Shown: piece by piece, positions 9,184-18,547 of the stretch
How the letters are laid out: each line of letters starts with the position of its first letter
How positions within the stretch are numbered: the stretch's first letter is position 1
Made by a program: the position numbers and the translations under genes
Notes under the pieces: generated by a model
Seen by the model: the letters and a program-made list of their open reading frames with translations, nothing else
Databases searched by the model: none
What the model was told of the DNA's origin: nothing
Assembly: GCA_045643725.1 (NCBI GenBank)
Contig: JAZRFQ010000043.1
Span: 1,677-65,676 of the forward strand
DNA length: 64,000 bases
From: Eubacteriales bacterium
Lineage (GTDB): Bacteria; Bacillota; Clostridia; Oscillospirales; CAG-272
Reading direction: 5' to 3'

Positions 9184-9876
9184 GTGAGCGATTTTTCTTA
9201 TATTGAACGCAATCTTGCCGAGGTCAGGTCCGACCTTGCGAGAATAGCCGAATCCTCGGGCAGAAGCATACCGACACTCGTGTGCGTCACGAAGAGCGGT
9301 AGCGACGAGGAGCTTCTTGCGCTTGTGCGCGCGGGAGCGACCGATATAGGCGAGAACAGACCGCAGGAGCTGATGCGACGCGGTGATCTTCTCGGCGGTG
9401 CGGATTTGCATCCGACGCTCCACGAGATCGGCAATCTGCAACGCAACAAGGTCAAGTATATAATCGAGCGCGCGTCACTTATACACTCGCTTGATTCACT
9501 AACACTTGCAGAAGAGATCGAGCGCCAGGCGGCGATGCGCGACATGAAGGCGCGCGTCTTGATCGAGGTCAACTCGGGCGGCGAGGACGCCAAGGGCGGC
9601 GTTATGCCGGAGGCGGTCGAGGAATTCTATCTCGCTCTTGCGAAATTCCCACACATCGAGGTCTGCGGTCTTATGACAATGGGACCTGTGTGCGAGGACG
9701 AAGAGGAGATCAGACCTTATTTCGCGCTTACCAAAAGAATATTTGATGATATTAAAACGCGCCACGGATTCGTCGGTGAGGGCATACTCTCCATGGGCAT
9801 GAGCGACAGCTACAGAGTCGCCATTGAGGAGGGCTCGACTCTTGTAAGAATCGGACGCAGACTATTTAAAAAATAA
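9184..9876 (+). CDS. yggS: YggS/YlmE-family pyridoxal-phosphate homeostasis protein
   Basis: LVCVTKSGS contains the PLP-binding lysine, and IGENRPQEL is present. At 230 aa it lies immediately upstream of sepF, as in Firmicutes dcw-distal clusters. Confidence 0.9.
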   Translation: MSDFSYIERNLAEVRSDLARIAESSGRSIPTLVCVTKSGSDEELLALVRAGATDIGENRPQELMRRGDLLGGADLHPTLHEIGNLQRNKVKYIIERASLIHSLDSLTLAEEIERQAAMRDMKARVLIEVNSGGEDAKGGVMPEAVEEFYLALAKFPHIEVCGLMTMGPVCEDEEEIRPYFALTKRIFDDIKTRHGFVGEGILSMGMSDSYRVAIEEGSTLVRIGRRLFKK

Positions 9877-9890
9877 GGAGTGACAAAGAC

Positions 9891-10313
9891 ATGTTTGAAA
9901 AATGGGCAGAAAAGTTCCAGACCAGAGCTGAGGACAACAACGTAACCTTTAAGAATTTTGATGAGAGAGCAGAGGCACCCGCTCCCGCTCCCGTACAGAG
10001 ACCTGCACAGAAGAAGACCGAGGAGGCTCCCGCGCCTGCACCTGTTATCAAGAACAGCCTCTCTTCCGCAGATAACCTTGAGCTCAAGGTCGTAAGACCC
10101 GAGACCTTCGGCGAGGTAAGCACCATCGCTGACTACCTTCTCGCAGATTGCACCGTAGTTCTCAATCTCGAGCTTCTCGACAAGGCAGCATCGCTTCGTA
10201 TGCTTGACTTCCTCAACGGTGTAACCTACTCCAAGGATGGCGAGATCAAGAAGGTTGCACAGAGCACCTACATCATCACTCCCCACAACGTTGACGTCAA
10301 CGACGCCAAGTAA
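9891..10313 (+). CDS. sepF: Cell division protein SepF
   Basis: A disordered N-terminal half is followed by VVRPETFGEVSTIADYLLADCTVVLNLE..DFLNGVTYSKDGEIKKV..YIITP, which is the SepF core. Confidence 0.9.
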   Translation: MFEKWAEKFQTRAEDNNVTFKNFDERAEAPAPAPVQRPAQKKTEEAPAPAPVIKNSLSSADNLELKVVRPETFGEVSTIADYLLADCTVVLNLELLDKAASLRMLDFLNGVTYSKDGEIKKVAQSTYIITPHNVDVNDAK

Positions 10314-10351
10314 TTTTCGGCGAGCTAAATACGTAAAAACTGATTTTCTAT

Positions 10352-10390
10352 GGGAATCGGCAACGGTTGCCGATTCCCATTTTATTTTTG
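10352..10390 (+). terminator. Rho-independent terminator after sepF
   Basis: gggaatcggcaac/ggttgccgattccc forms a hairpin and is followed by attttatttttg. Confidence 0.75.
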
Positions 10391-10404
10391 TTTGGAGTTA
10401 AAAA

Positions 10405-10974
10405 ATGGTTTTATTGAAGAAGCAAAAGCCGATCGACTACATCCTCTACACCGCCATCATTCTCGGCGGAATCTTTGTCGATCAGCTCTCAAAATTCCTG
10501 ATCGATAAATTCATGGTAGTCACGCAGTCGATACCGATCATCAAGGATTTCCTGCATATTACCTATCACACTAATCCCGGTATGGCATTCAGTCTGATGA
10601 GCGAGCCGGGCAAGAGATGGATATTCATCGCTTTCTCGACTATCGCGATCATCGGATTTGCCCTTTACCTCTATTTTGGTCACGCCGAGAACAAGCTGTA
10701 CGGCGTATCTATCGCCATGGTGGTTTCGGGCGGACTTGGCAATATGATCGACCGTATCGGCATCGGCTTTTACACAAATCCCGACGGCATGGGCGAGGTA
10801 ATCGACTTTATTGATTTTTGCGGTATCTGGAACGCGGTGTTCAACGTTGCAGACTCCTTCGTGTGCGTTGGCGCAGGCCTTCTGATTCTCGCATGCGTTA
10901 TGGACATAATCAAAGAGGAGAAGGCAAAAAAGGCTCTCTCCAAGGAATCCGACGATGACTCACAGAGTAAGTAA
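10405..10974 (+). CDS. lspA: Lipoprotein signal peptidase (signal peptidase II)
   Basis: Four TM segments are present, with GNMIDR and FNVADS (catalytic Asp motifs). Confidence 0.9.
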   Translation: MVLLKKQKPIDYILYTAIILGGIFVDQLSKFLIDKFMVVTQSIPIIKDFLHITYHTNPGMAFSLMSEPGKRWIFIAFSTIAIIGFALYLYFGHAENKLYGVSIAMVVSGGLGNMIDRIGIGFYTNPDGMGEVIDFIDFCGIWNAVFNVADSFVCVGAGLLILACVMDIIKEEKAKKALSKESDDDSQSK

Positions 10975-11890
10975 GGACGAGGCGGGAATGCGCCTCGACG
11001 CCTATATCGCCGCAGTATCCGATCTCTCGAGAAGCGCGGCGGCAAGGCTCATTGAGTCGAGCAGCGTGACCGTGAACGGCAAACTCGCCGAGAAAAAGCG
11101 CGCGATCGCCGAGGGTGACGTGGTCGAGATCACACTCCCCGACCCCGAGGAATGCGAGGCACAGCCCGAGGATATCCCTCTCGACGTCGTCTATGAGGAC
11201 GATGACATTATCGTTATAAACAAGCCCGAGGGCATGGTTGTTCACCCCGCGCCCGGCAACTATTCGGGCACGCTTGTCAACGCCCTGCTTTTCAGATGTC
11301 GCGATTCCCTCTCGGGCATCGGCGGCGTTATGCGCCCCGGTATCGTACACAGAATCGACAAGGACACATCGGGACTTCTCGTTGTGGCGAAGAATGATTT
11401 TGCCCACACGGCACTCTCGGAGGAGCTGAAACATCACGGCATCGAGCGCGAGTATCACGCTCTCGTCAAGGGTGGCTTCGGCGAGGACACGGGTACTGTC
11501 GATCTGCCGATCGGGCGTCATCCCATCGATCGCAAGAAGATGGCGGTGCTGAAGAACTCTGAGTCGGCTCGCGAGGCTGTGACTCACTACGAGGTACTGG
11601 CAAGATACGGAAATATCAGCTATCTAAAGCTGATGCTCGAGACCGGCAGAACGCATCAGATAAGGGTGCATATGTCATACACGGGTCACCCCCTTCTCGG
11701 CGACGAGGTCTACGGACAGTCGAAAATCCCCTTCGAAAAGCGACACGCCCCCCTACTAAACGGTCAGGCACTCCACGCAAAGCGCCTATCGCTCACTCAC
11801 CCGAGGACGAAGGAGCGTATGACCTTTGAGTGCGATCTTCCCGAGAATTTCAAGCAGCTGATCGAGATCCTGGAGAAGAATTCGCAGTAA
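10955..11890 (+). CDS. rluD: RluA-family 23S rRNA pseudouridine synthase (RluD-like)
   Basis: An N-terminal S4-like region and the catalytic motif HRIDKDTSGLLVVAKN are present. It shows the conserved lspA-rluD adjacency, with a 20-nt overlap. Confidence 0.9.
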   Translation: MTHRVSKDEAGMRLDAYIAAVSDLSRSAAARLIESSSVTVNGKLAEKKRAIAEGDVVEITLPDPEECEAQPEDIPLDVVYEDDDIIVINKPEGMVVHPAPGNYSGTLVNALLFRCRDSLSGIGGVMRPGIVHRIDKDTSGLLVVAKNDFAHTALSEELKHHGIEREYHALVKGGFGEDTGTVDLPIGRHPIDRKKMAVLKNSESAREAVTHYEVLARYGNISYLKLMLETGRTHQIRVHMSYTGHPLLGDEVYGQSKIPFEKRHAPLLNGQALHAKRLSLTHPRTKERMTFECDLPENFKQLIEILEKNSQ

Positions 11891-11913
11891 GGAAAATCAA
11901 AAAACACAAAAAT

Positions 11914-11940
11914 ACGCCACGCGGTTTTGCCGCGTGGCGT
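11914..11940. terminator. Hairpin terminator between the convergent rluD and M20 amidohydrolase genes
   Basis: acgccacgcgg-tttt-gccgcgtggcgt forms the hairpin. A T-rich tract follows on the minus strand, and only a weak one on the plus strand. Confidence 0.7.
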
Positions 11941-11947
11941 TTCGTTA

Positions 11948-13387
11948 TTAAAGCTCAACGGCCTTTGCGTACTCGTCCTTGGGAATCGGGCAAACGTAGC
12001 CGTCGCCAACGTTCTCATCGAACTCGTCCTTGGCCTTTGCCAAGACGTCGGGGCTCTCATAGAGCTCAACCGCCGTCGATGCCAACACCTTTGCGGCGTA
12101 GAGCATTCCCTTATGCGCTATCGAGGTCTTGCCGAGCGAGACGTTCTGCCAGGAGTGACCGGGCGCGCCCGAGGTGAAGCAGGCGGTATAAACCTGCACC
12201 GTAGGTGTCTGCCAGGAGACGTCGCCGACATCTGTCGAGCCGGGCGAGAAGTGATCTCCGCGGTGAAGCGGTGCTACAAAATCGTTGAGAGCGCGCTTGC
12301 CGCCGTCGGTGAGAGCCGCGATCTCGGTCTTGACTTTCTTATCGTACTGTGCGGCGATGGAGAGATCTCCGTAGCTCTCGTAGGTAGCCTTCATAGCCTT
12401 GGCGAATTTCCACTCCTCCTCGGTGTATTCAGGGAGAGCAACCTCGCACAGATTCTTGTACGCGAGTTCCTCAAGCGTCGCGTTCGGTAGCGTGGTAGAG
12501 CATCCGTCGATGAACACGCGCTCGTAGCTCGTCTCGGTCATAAGCGCCGCGCCGTCAGCGATCTTGTCAACTCTTGCCTGCAGGGCGAGCGCGTCCTTTA
12601 CCATCTTGGAGCGCACCATATAGAGCACCGACGCCGTGGGCTGAACCACGTTTGGAGATGCTCCGCCGCCATCGATGATGGCGTAGTGTATTCTCGCGTC
12701 GTCCTTGGTGTGCTCGCGCAGATACTGCACGCCCACGTTCATAAGCTCAACGGCATCGAGCGCGCTTCTGCCGTGCTCGGGATCGCCTGCCGCGTGAGAG
12801 GCAACGCCCTTGTATTTATAGAGCACCTGAATGCAGGAGTTACAGCTGCCGACCGACACCTCGTTAACGTCAAAGGGATGCCAGGTGATAGCGGCGTCGA
12901 GACCGTACCAAATCCCCTCCTTCGCCATAAAGGCCTTACCTGCTCCGCCCTCCTCGCCGGGAGTGCCGAAGAAGATGACAGTACCCTCTTTACCCGTCGA
13001 CTTCAGATATTCCTTGACTCCGTAAGCCGCCGCGAGCGAGCCTGCACCGAGAAGATTATGTCCGCAACCGTGTCCCGTGCCGCCCTTGACGAGCTCGCAT
13101 CTCTCGGTAGCTCCGCCAACCTGCGAGAGTCCGGAGAGTGCATCGTACTCGCCGAGAATGCCGATAACAGGCTTACCCGAGCCGTACTTGCCGAGAAACG
13201 CCGTGGGAATATTCGCAACGCCTCGCTCGACCTCAAAGCCGAGGCTCTCGAGCGTGTTGCAGTAGTCCTCTGCCGACTTGAACTCCTTGAGCGAGAGCTC
13301 CGCGTACTCCCATATTCTATCGGAGATCGCGGTGAAGCAATCTTTTTTTGTATCTATTGCATCTAATGCTATCTGTTTTGTGTTCAT
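11948..13387 (-). CDS. M20-family metallo-amidohydrolase (aminobenzoyl-glutamate hydrolase subunit B-like)
   Basis: At 479 aa it carries an AbgB-like N-terminus (AISDRIWEYAELSLKEFKS), GILGEYDALSGL, and the metal ligands HGCGHNLLG and GTPGEEGG. Confidence 0.8.
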   Translation of the reverse strand: MNTKQIALDAIDTKKDCFTAISDRIWEYAELSLKEFKSAEDYCNTLESLGFEVERGVANIPTAFLGKYGSGKPVIGILGEYDALSGLSQVGGATERCELVKGGTGHGCGHNLLGAGSLAAAYGVKEYLKSTGKEGTVIFFGTPGEEGGAGKAFMAKEGIWYGLDAAITWHPFDVNEVSVGSCNSCIQVLYKYKGVASHAAGDPEHGRSALDAVELMNVGVQYLREHTKDDARIHYAIIDGGGASPNVVQPTASVLYMVRSKMVKDALALQARVDKIADGAALMTETSYERVFIDGCSTTLPNATLEELAYKNLCEVALPEYTEEEWKFAKAMKATYESYGDLSIAAQYDKKVKTEIAALTDGGKRALNDFVAPLHRGDHFSPGSTDVGDVSWQTPTVQVYTACFTSGAPGHSWQNVSLGKTSIAHKGMLYAAKVLASTAVELYESPDVLAKAKDEFDENVGDGYVCPIPKDEYAKAVEL

Positions 13388-13404
13388 AATACGCTCCGTA
13401 TTCT

Positions 13405-13436
13405 AAAAAATGGCTGTGCGAGACAGCCATTTTTTT
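13405..13436. terminator. Terminator downstream of the amino-acid ABC operon
   Basis: aaaaaatggctgt-gcgag-acagccattttttt is a stem flanked by A and T tracts, so it could act in both directions. Confidence 0.75.
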
Positions 13437-13441
13437 GCTTT

Positions 13442-14347
13442 TTAAAGTACTTTGGAGAGGAAATCGCGAAGTCTTGCGTCCTTTGGGTTGCCAAAGAGCT
13501 CTACAGGAGTTCCCTCCTCCTTGATAATTCCCTCGTCAACGAAGAGAACGCGGTTGGAGACCTCGCGGGCAAAGCCCATCTCGTGAGTAACGATAACCAT
13601 CGTCATACCCTCGGAGGCAAGCTGCTTCATAAGGTCAAGAACCTCTCCGATCATCTCGGGGTCGAGCGCCGAGGTGGGCTCGTCAAAGAGGATAACGTCG
13701 GGATCCATGGCAAGAGAGCGAATGATTGCAACTCTCTGCTTCTGACCGCCCGAGAGTGTCGAGGGATATACGTTTGCCTTATCCTCAAGACCGATTCTGC
13801 GAAGAAGCTCCATAGCCTTTGCCTCCGCCTCCTCCTTGGTCTTGAGCTTAAGCTTTACGGGAGCGAGCGTGAGGTTCTCGAGAACCGTTTTATTGTTAAA
13901 GAGATTGAACTGCTGGAACACCATACCCATCTTCTGACGGGCAAGGTCAATATCGAGGTGATTCTCATCGTAGATCTTCTTAATAGCCGCCTTGTACGCC
14001 TTTCCCTCGGCTACCGAGAACTTCTCGTTGAGAAGATCCTCCGCCTTGATCTTTGCGACAGCGTCGTCCTCGGACATACCGCCCTCGACGAGCTTTGCGA
14101 AGGTCTTGGATGCCTTGATTACCTCGGGATGAAGATAGGGATCGACGGGAGTGAGGAGCTTGCCCTCCATCCACACCTCACCGAAGGTGGGTGTCTCAAG
14201 GAGATTCATACAACGAAGCAAGGTGGACTTACCCGAGCCGGACGCGCCGATAATGGAAACGACCTCGCCCTCGGCAATAGTGGTGGATACACCCTTCAGC
14301 ACCTCGAGCTTACCGAAGTTTTTATATACGCCTTTAATATCAAGCAT
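13442..14347 (-). CDS. Polar amino-acid ABC transporter ATP-binding protein with an internal ~60-70 aa insertion
   Basis: Walker A is GASGSGKST, the signature is LSGGQKQR, and Walker B is [11 protein letters not shown]. It is 301 aa, against about 240 aa usual for this family. Confidence 0.9.
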   Translation of the reverse strand: MLDIKGVYKNFGKLEVLKGVSTTIAEGEVVSIIGASGSGKSTLLRCMNLLETPTFGEVWMEGKLLTPVDPYLHPEVIKASKTFAKLVEGGMSEDDAVAKIKAEDLLNEKFSVAEGKAYKAAIKKIYDENHLDIDLARQKMGMVFQQFNLFNNKTVLENLTLAPVKLKLKTKEEAEAKAMELLRRIGLEDKANVYPSTLSGGQKQRVAIIRSLAMDPDVILFDEPTSALDPEMIGEVLDLMKQLASEGMTMVIVTHEMGFAREVSNRVLFVDEGIIKEEGTPVELFGNPKDARLRDFLSKVL

Positions 14348-15023
14348 GAGCCTTGAGTCTCCTTTCCACGAGTTTCAGTGCTTTCGAAAGAATGAAGTTA
14401 AGAACAAAGTAAATTATGCCAACGATCATAAGGGTAGGAATAGGCGAGAACGTGATGCCCTTTACCATAGCGTAAACGGTCATAAGCTCTCCGACGAAGA
14501 AGGTCGATGCAAGCGAGGTCTCCTTGATAATAGTGATAAACTCGTTGCAAAGCGCAGGAAGAATGTTCTTTATTGCCTGAGGAAGAACAATCTGGATCAT
14601 AGTTGTAGCGCCGTTAAGTCCAAGGCTACGTGCCGCCTCGGTCTGTCCCTTGTCTACCGCCTCGATTCCGGAACGGATAATCTCGGATACATACGCCGCA
14701 CTGTTGAGAATAAGCGCCAGCGCCACGCTCCAGAACTCATTGAGATCAAGAAACGGAAGAATCTCGGGCAAAAGGAAATAACCTATGTATAGCTGCAAAA
14801 GCAGAGGCGTTCCGCGAACGACCTCAACAAAAGCAGTTATAATCCAGCCTATTGGCTTAAACTTTGACATTTTCATAATTGCGAGCAATGCTCCAAGCAC
14901 AGCACCGCAGGAAACGGTTATGAGCGAAAGAACAAGCGTAGTTCCAACACCCTCAACGAGGAAATTGTACCAATACTCCGAGAAAATTTCGCCCATTTTC
15001 TTTATGATTTCAATAAGATACAA
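14340..15023 (-). CDS. Polar amino-acid ABC transporter permease (His/Glu/Gln/Arg/opine type)
   Basis: The EAA-like loop is [17 protein letters not shown]. The start is uncertain: a TTG at 15023 has GGAGGT 6 nt upstream, and an ATG lies at 14996. The tracked start at 15071 would run through the intercistronic hairpin. Confidence 0.85.
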   Translation of the reverse strand: MYLIEIIKKMGEIFSEYWYNFLVEGVGTTLVLSLITVSCGAVLGALLAIMKMSKFKPIGWIITAFVEVVRGTPLLLQLYIGYFLLPEILPFLDLNEFWSVALALILNSAAYVSEIIRSGIEAVDKGQTEAARSLGLNGATTMIQIVLPQAIKNILPALCNEFITIIKETSLASTFFVGELMTVYAMVKGITFSPIPTLMIVGIIYFVLNFILSKALKLVERRLKAHA

Positions 15024-15061
15024 GGTCTTACCTCCAAAAAATATTCTTGAATTGACAAAGC

Positions 15062-15088
15062 GAACTGCCACGCGCCGCGTGGCAGTTC
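15062..15088 (-). promoter_or_regulatory. Intercistronic stem-loop between the binding-protein and permease genes
   Basis: gaactgccacgcg/ccgcgtggcagttc is a near-perfect 13-bp stem. This type of hairpin is commonly used to stabilise or attenuate the upstream binding-protein message (inference). Confidence 0.5.
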
Positions 15089-15102
15089 AACCGTTTTATT
15101 TA

Positions 15103-16023
15103 TTACTCGGTAATCTTGTTACCGTCGTCGTCATAACCAAGCTGGTCAGCGGTCTTGATCTCGGAGTAGATCTCGCAGGTCTCGTACCAGGTGTTGTAGA
15201 GACCGGCTGCCTTTGCCTTTGCAAGAGCAGCGTTGATAGTTGCAAGAAGCGCGGTGTTACCCTTCTGAAGAAGGATTACGTTGTTCTTGTAGAGGTCGTC
15301 AACTACGAAGTCAAAGCCTGCCCAATCAAGAGAGTCGGGGTTCTGAGAGATGTAAGCCTCGCCGTTACCGTGTGCAACTGCAAGTGCGTCGATCTTGCCA
15401 GTCTTAAGAGCCTCTACTGCAAGGGAAAGATCGCCGTAAAGCGAGATCTCTGCACCCTTGGAAACAAGCTGCTCGTTAACGAGGAGCTCCTGAAGAGATG
15501 CACCCTGCGCGCCTATCTTCTTGCCTGCAAGAGACTCTGCGGTAGTGAACTTACCTGCATTCTCCTTGGTGGTGATAAGAACCTGCTCGGTCTCATTATC
15601 GCCTGCCTCATACCAATCGGTGATCTCGTAGTTCTCTGCACGATCTGCGGTCCAAGAGAAACCGGAGATAGCTGCATCTACCTGGCCGGACTGAACTGCT
15701 GCCTGGCATGCGTCGAAGGACATGGGCTTAATAACGAGCTTCTTGTTCATTTCCTTTGCAAGATACATTGCAAGGAGAACGTCGAAACCAACATACTTAT
15801 CATCGCCGGACTTTGCAAGGTCAACGAACTCCATGGGAGCGAAGTCGGGAGACATAGCAACTACAAACTCTTCACAACCGGAGTCATCAAACTTCAGGCT
15901 CTCAGCGATTTTGTCATACGCTGCGGAAAGGCCGTTGGATTCGGGCTGCTTACAAGAGCCAAGTGCGAATACGGAGCAGAGCATGAGAGCTGCTGCAAGT
16001 GCGAGTGAGATAATCTTTTTCAT
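15103..16023 (-). CDS. Amino-acid ABC transporter substrate-binding lipoprotein
   Basis: The signal peptide ends in an LGSC lipobox. PBP type 2 features are present (VDAAISGFSWTADRAENYEITDWY). Length is 306 aa. Confidence 0.85.
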   Translation of the reverse strand: MKKIISLALAAALMLCSVFALGSCKQPESNGLSAAYDKIAESLKFDDSGCEEFVVAMSPDFAPMEFVDLAKSGDDKYVGFDVLLAMYLAKEMNKKLVIKPMSFDACQAAVQSGQVDAAISGFSWTADRAENYEITDWYEAGDNETEQVLITTKENAGKFTTAESLAGKKIGAQGASLQELLVNEQLVSKGAEISLYGDLSLAVEALKTGKIDALAVAHGNGEAYISQNPDSLDWAGFDFVVDDLYKNNVILLQKGNTALLATINAALAKAKAAGLYNTWYETCEIYSEIKTADQLGYDDDGNKITE

Positions 16024-16078
16024 GATTTTTTCCTTCTTTCTTTTCTGGGGTGTTGCCCCGTGTTTTTAAGATGGCATA

Positions 16079-16107
16079 ATTATACACCCGCCAAAAACAA
16101 AAGTCAA
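16079..16107 (-). promoter_or_regulatory. Promoter for the amino-acid ABC operon
   Basis: The minus strand reads TTGACT, a 17-nt spacer, then TATAAT. Confidence 0.55.
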
Positions 16108-16138
16108 TAGTTTTTTGCAAAAAAATTCACTTTTGTTG

Positions 16139-16158
16139 AATTATTATGCATAATAATT
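16139..16158. promoter_or_regulatory. Perfect 20-bp palindrome, a candidate operator or activator site
   Basis: aattattatg|cataataatt is perfectly self-complementary. It lies about 32 bp upstream of the -35 of the ABC-operon promoter, in an AT-rich spacer rich in ATGCA motifs. Confidence 0.45.
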
Positions 16159-16356
16159 GTTTCATATAGCCTCATTTGTGCATTTTTACCATAAAAGCGC
16201 TCCTTTTAATATAAAATTAGATATTATCTATTGCTTTCAGATACATAAAATATTTGTCGCGCGCGTGAGAGTTGTGCATATATTCATCAAGTATGCAATA
16301 AATATGCAGACTTTTATTCGCATAAATATGCATATATGCATGCATAAACGTCACTA

Positions 16357-16385
16357 TTGATTTTCTCGCGCGTTTATGATAGAAT
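16357..16385 (+). promoter_or_regulatory. Promoter for the ABC-F gene
   Basis: TTGATT (16357-16362), a 17-nt spacer, then TAGAAT (16380-16385). Confidence 0.5.
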
Positions 16386-16462
16386 ATTAAGGATAGTTTT
16401 CGCGGAAAGGAGTGTGCCCAAGCGGAATCCGCTACGGCGGTCTTGCGGCTTTATATAATATA

Positions 16463-18385
16463 ATGATAGCTTTATCGGTTTCCGATCTCAATCTGTCCTT
16501 TGGAACAGACGTTATACTGAAGGACGTGTCCTTCGCTTTGAACGATGGTGACAGAGTTGGCATCATCGGAGTCAACGGCGCGGGCAAGACCTCGCTCTTC
16601 CGCGTGATAACCGGCGAATACGAGGCAGACTCCGGAGGAGTATATCTGCAGAAGGGTCACACCATCGGTTGCCTCGAGCAGAATCCCGACCTCTCGCATC
16701 TGCCGGGTGAGACTACCTGTCTTGAATATATGTACACCGCGTTCGAGGGACTTCTTGGTCTTGAGAAGTCGATCTCGCTGTGCGAGCGCGAGCTCGCGGC
16801 GGCGACGAGCGAGGATGATATACTCACTCTGACCGCGCGCTTAAACGAGCTCAATCGTCGCTTCTCTTCCGAGGGCGGACTCGAGTTTCGCTCAAGATGT
16901 CGCGGAATGCTTCTGCGCCTCGGATTCTCCGAGGAGCTGATCGAGAGGAAGATAAAGACTCTCTCGGGCGGACAGTACACGAGACTCGCTCTTGCGAGAC
17001 TTCTCGCGACCGAGCCCGACGTTCTGATGCTCGACGAGCCGACAAACCACCTTGACATTGACGCGCTTGAGTGGCTCGAGGGCTTCCTCGCATCTTATAA
17101 AAAGACGGTTCTTATCATCTCACACGACAGATATTTCCTCGATCGCACTACTTCAAAAACTCTTGAACTGCAGTACGGCAAGGCTCGTCTCTATAACGGC
17201 AGCTACACCGCCTGCAAGGAGGAGCAGGAGCGCGAGCGCGCCCCGGGCGAAAAGCGGTACAAGGAGCAGCAGAAGGAGATCGCAAAGATCCGCGCGAACA
17301 TCGAGTTCCAGCGCAGATGCAACCAGGAGCACAACTACGTCACCATTCGCTCGAAGGAAAAGCAGCTCGCGAGAATGGAAAAGATCGAGCTGATGCCCAA
17401 AGCACCGCGCGATATAAGACTCACCTTCTCTGCCGAGGAGGAATCGGCAGGCGACGTTCTCAAGGTCGAGGAGCTCTCGTTCTCCTACGGCGGAGACGAG
17501 CTCATCAAGAATCTTTCCTTCTTAATAAGAAGAGGCGAGCGCGCGATGTTCCTCGGTCCCAACGGCTGTGGAAAATCCACGCTCATGAAGCTGATAAACT
17601 CTCTGCTCACCCCCACGGGAGGCAGACTGACGCTCGGCTATAATATTAAAATAGGATATTACGATCAGGAAAACCGCGGACTCGACTCGCGCAAGACGGT
17701 GTTCGAGGAGATGCACGACGAGTATCCCGACAGAAACGACGGCGATCTGCGAAGCACGCTGGCGCTCTTTCTCTTCGGACCTGACGATATAACAAAGCAG
17801 ATCTCGACGATCTCTGGCGGCGAGCGAGCGCGACTGACTCTCGCGAAGCTGATTCTCAAGAAGGTCAACCTGCTCATAATGGACGAGCCGACCAACCATC
17901 TCGACATTGGCTCCTGCGAGGCACTTGAGAACGCGCTTCTCGCATTCGACGGCACGATAATCGCCGTGTCGCACGACAGATATTTTATTAACAGAATCGC
18001 GACGAGAATAATCGAGCTCGATCCCGCGAGGGACAACGGAATGCTCGACTATCGCCTCGAGGACTACGACGATGCCTTCACCGAATATATGCGCCTGCGC
18101 CGTCTGCGCGATGCCGATATGGCACAGACCGTGGCGGCAAAGACCGTCACCGATGCAAAGCAGGACTACGAGCAGAAAAAGCGCGAGAACGCCAAGCGCC
18201 GCTCCGAGGAAAAGAAGATCGAGCGCGCAAAGGTTCGCATCGCCGAGCTTGAGGAGGAGACCGAGCGCCTCGACGCCGAGCTCTTCGGCGAGGCGGCTAG
18301 CGACTACGTCAGAGCCGCCGAGATCGAAAACCGAAAGGCCGAGATCGAGGAAGAGCTGCTCGAGCTCTACGAGCTTGTGATGTAA
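16463..18385 (+). CDS. ABC-F family ATPase (two ABC domains plus a charged C-terminal coiled coil), a translation factor or ribosome-protection type
   Basis: MIALSVSDLNLSFG is a typical ABC-F start. There are two Walker A motifs (GVNGAGKTS, GPNGCGKST) and two signatures (LSGGQYTR, ISGGERAR). A K/E-rich tail is present and there are no TM segments. Confidence 0.9.
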   Translation: MIALSVSDLNLSFGTDVILKDVSFALNDGDRVGIIGVNGAGKTSLFRVITGEYEADSGGVYLQKGHTIGCLEQNPDLSHLPGETTCLEYMYTAFEGLLGLEKSISLCERELAAATSEDDILTLTARLNELNRRFSSEGGLEFRSRCRGMLLRLGFSEELIERKIKTLSGGQYTRLALARLLATEPDVLMLDEPTNHLDIDALEWLEGFLASYKKTVLIISHDRYFLDRTTSKTLELQYGKARLYNGSYTACKEEQERERAPGEKRYKEQQKEIAKIRANIEFQRRCNQEHNYVTIRSKEKQLARMEKIELMPKAPRDIRLTFSAEEESAGDVLKVEELSFSYGGDELIKNLSFLIRRGERAMFLGPNGCGKSTLMKLINSLLTPTGGRLTLGYNIKIGYYDQENRGLDSRKTVFEEMHDEYPDRNDGDLRSTLALFLFGPDDITKQISTISGGERARLTLAKLILKKVNLLIMDEPTNHLDIGSCEALENALLAFDGTIIAVSHDRYFINRIATRIIELDPARDNGMLDYRLEDYDDAFTEYMRLRRLRDADMAQTVAAKTVTDAKQDYEQKKRENAKRRSEEKKIERAKVRIAELEEETERLDAELFGEAASDYVRAAEIENRKAEIEEELLELYELVM

Positions 18386-18424
18386 ATCCGCGTTTTTACC
18401 ACAATTTAACAAATCTAACCCTAT

Positions 18425-18470
18425 AAAACCGACAAGAGTACGTTTTCGTGCGTTTTTCTTGTCGGTTTTT
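18425..18470 (+). terminator. Rho-independent terminator after the ABC-F gene
   Basis: aaaaccgacaag...cttgtcggttttt is a 12-bp stem followed by a T-run. Confidence 0.75.
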
Positions 18471-18518
18471 CACATATTTGCGGTCACTTAATAGGTGATT
18501 TTTTGGAAGGCAACTATA

Positions 18519-18547
18519 CTTACAAATCACACGGGGTAGGATATAAT
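18519..18547 (+). promoter_or_regulatory. Candidate promoter for the phage-like cluster
   Basis: cttaca, a 17-nt spacer, then tataat (18542-18547), about 130 nt upstream of terS. The -35 matches only 4 of 6 positions. Confidence 0.35.

Noticed and set aside
16157-16360. 67-aa ORF in the AT-rich region upstream of the ABC-F gene
   Set aside because: It lies in promoter/operator DNA, has no RBS, and has an implausible composition (F/H/I/K-rich).
16412-16462. GTG at 16412 as the ABC-F start, as in the ORF track
   Set aside because: The GTG abuts the SD-like sequence with no spacing. The encoded 17 extra residues are atypical, and MIALSVSDLNLSFG from 16463 matches the usual ABC-F N-terminus.
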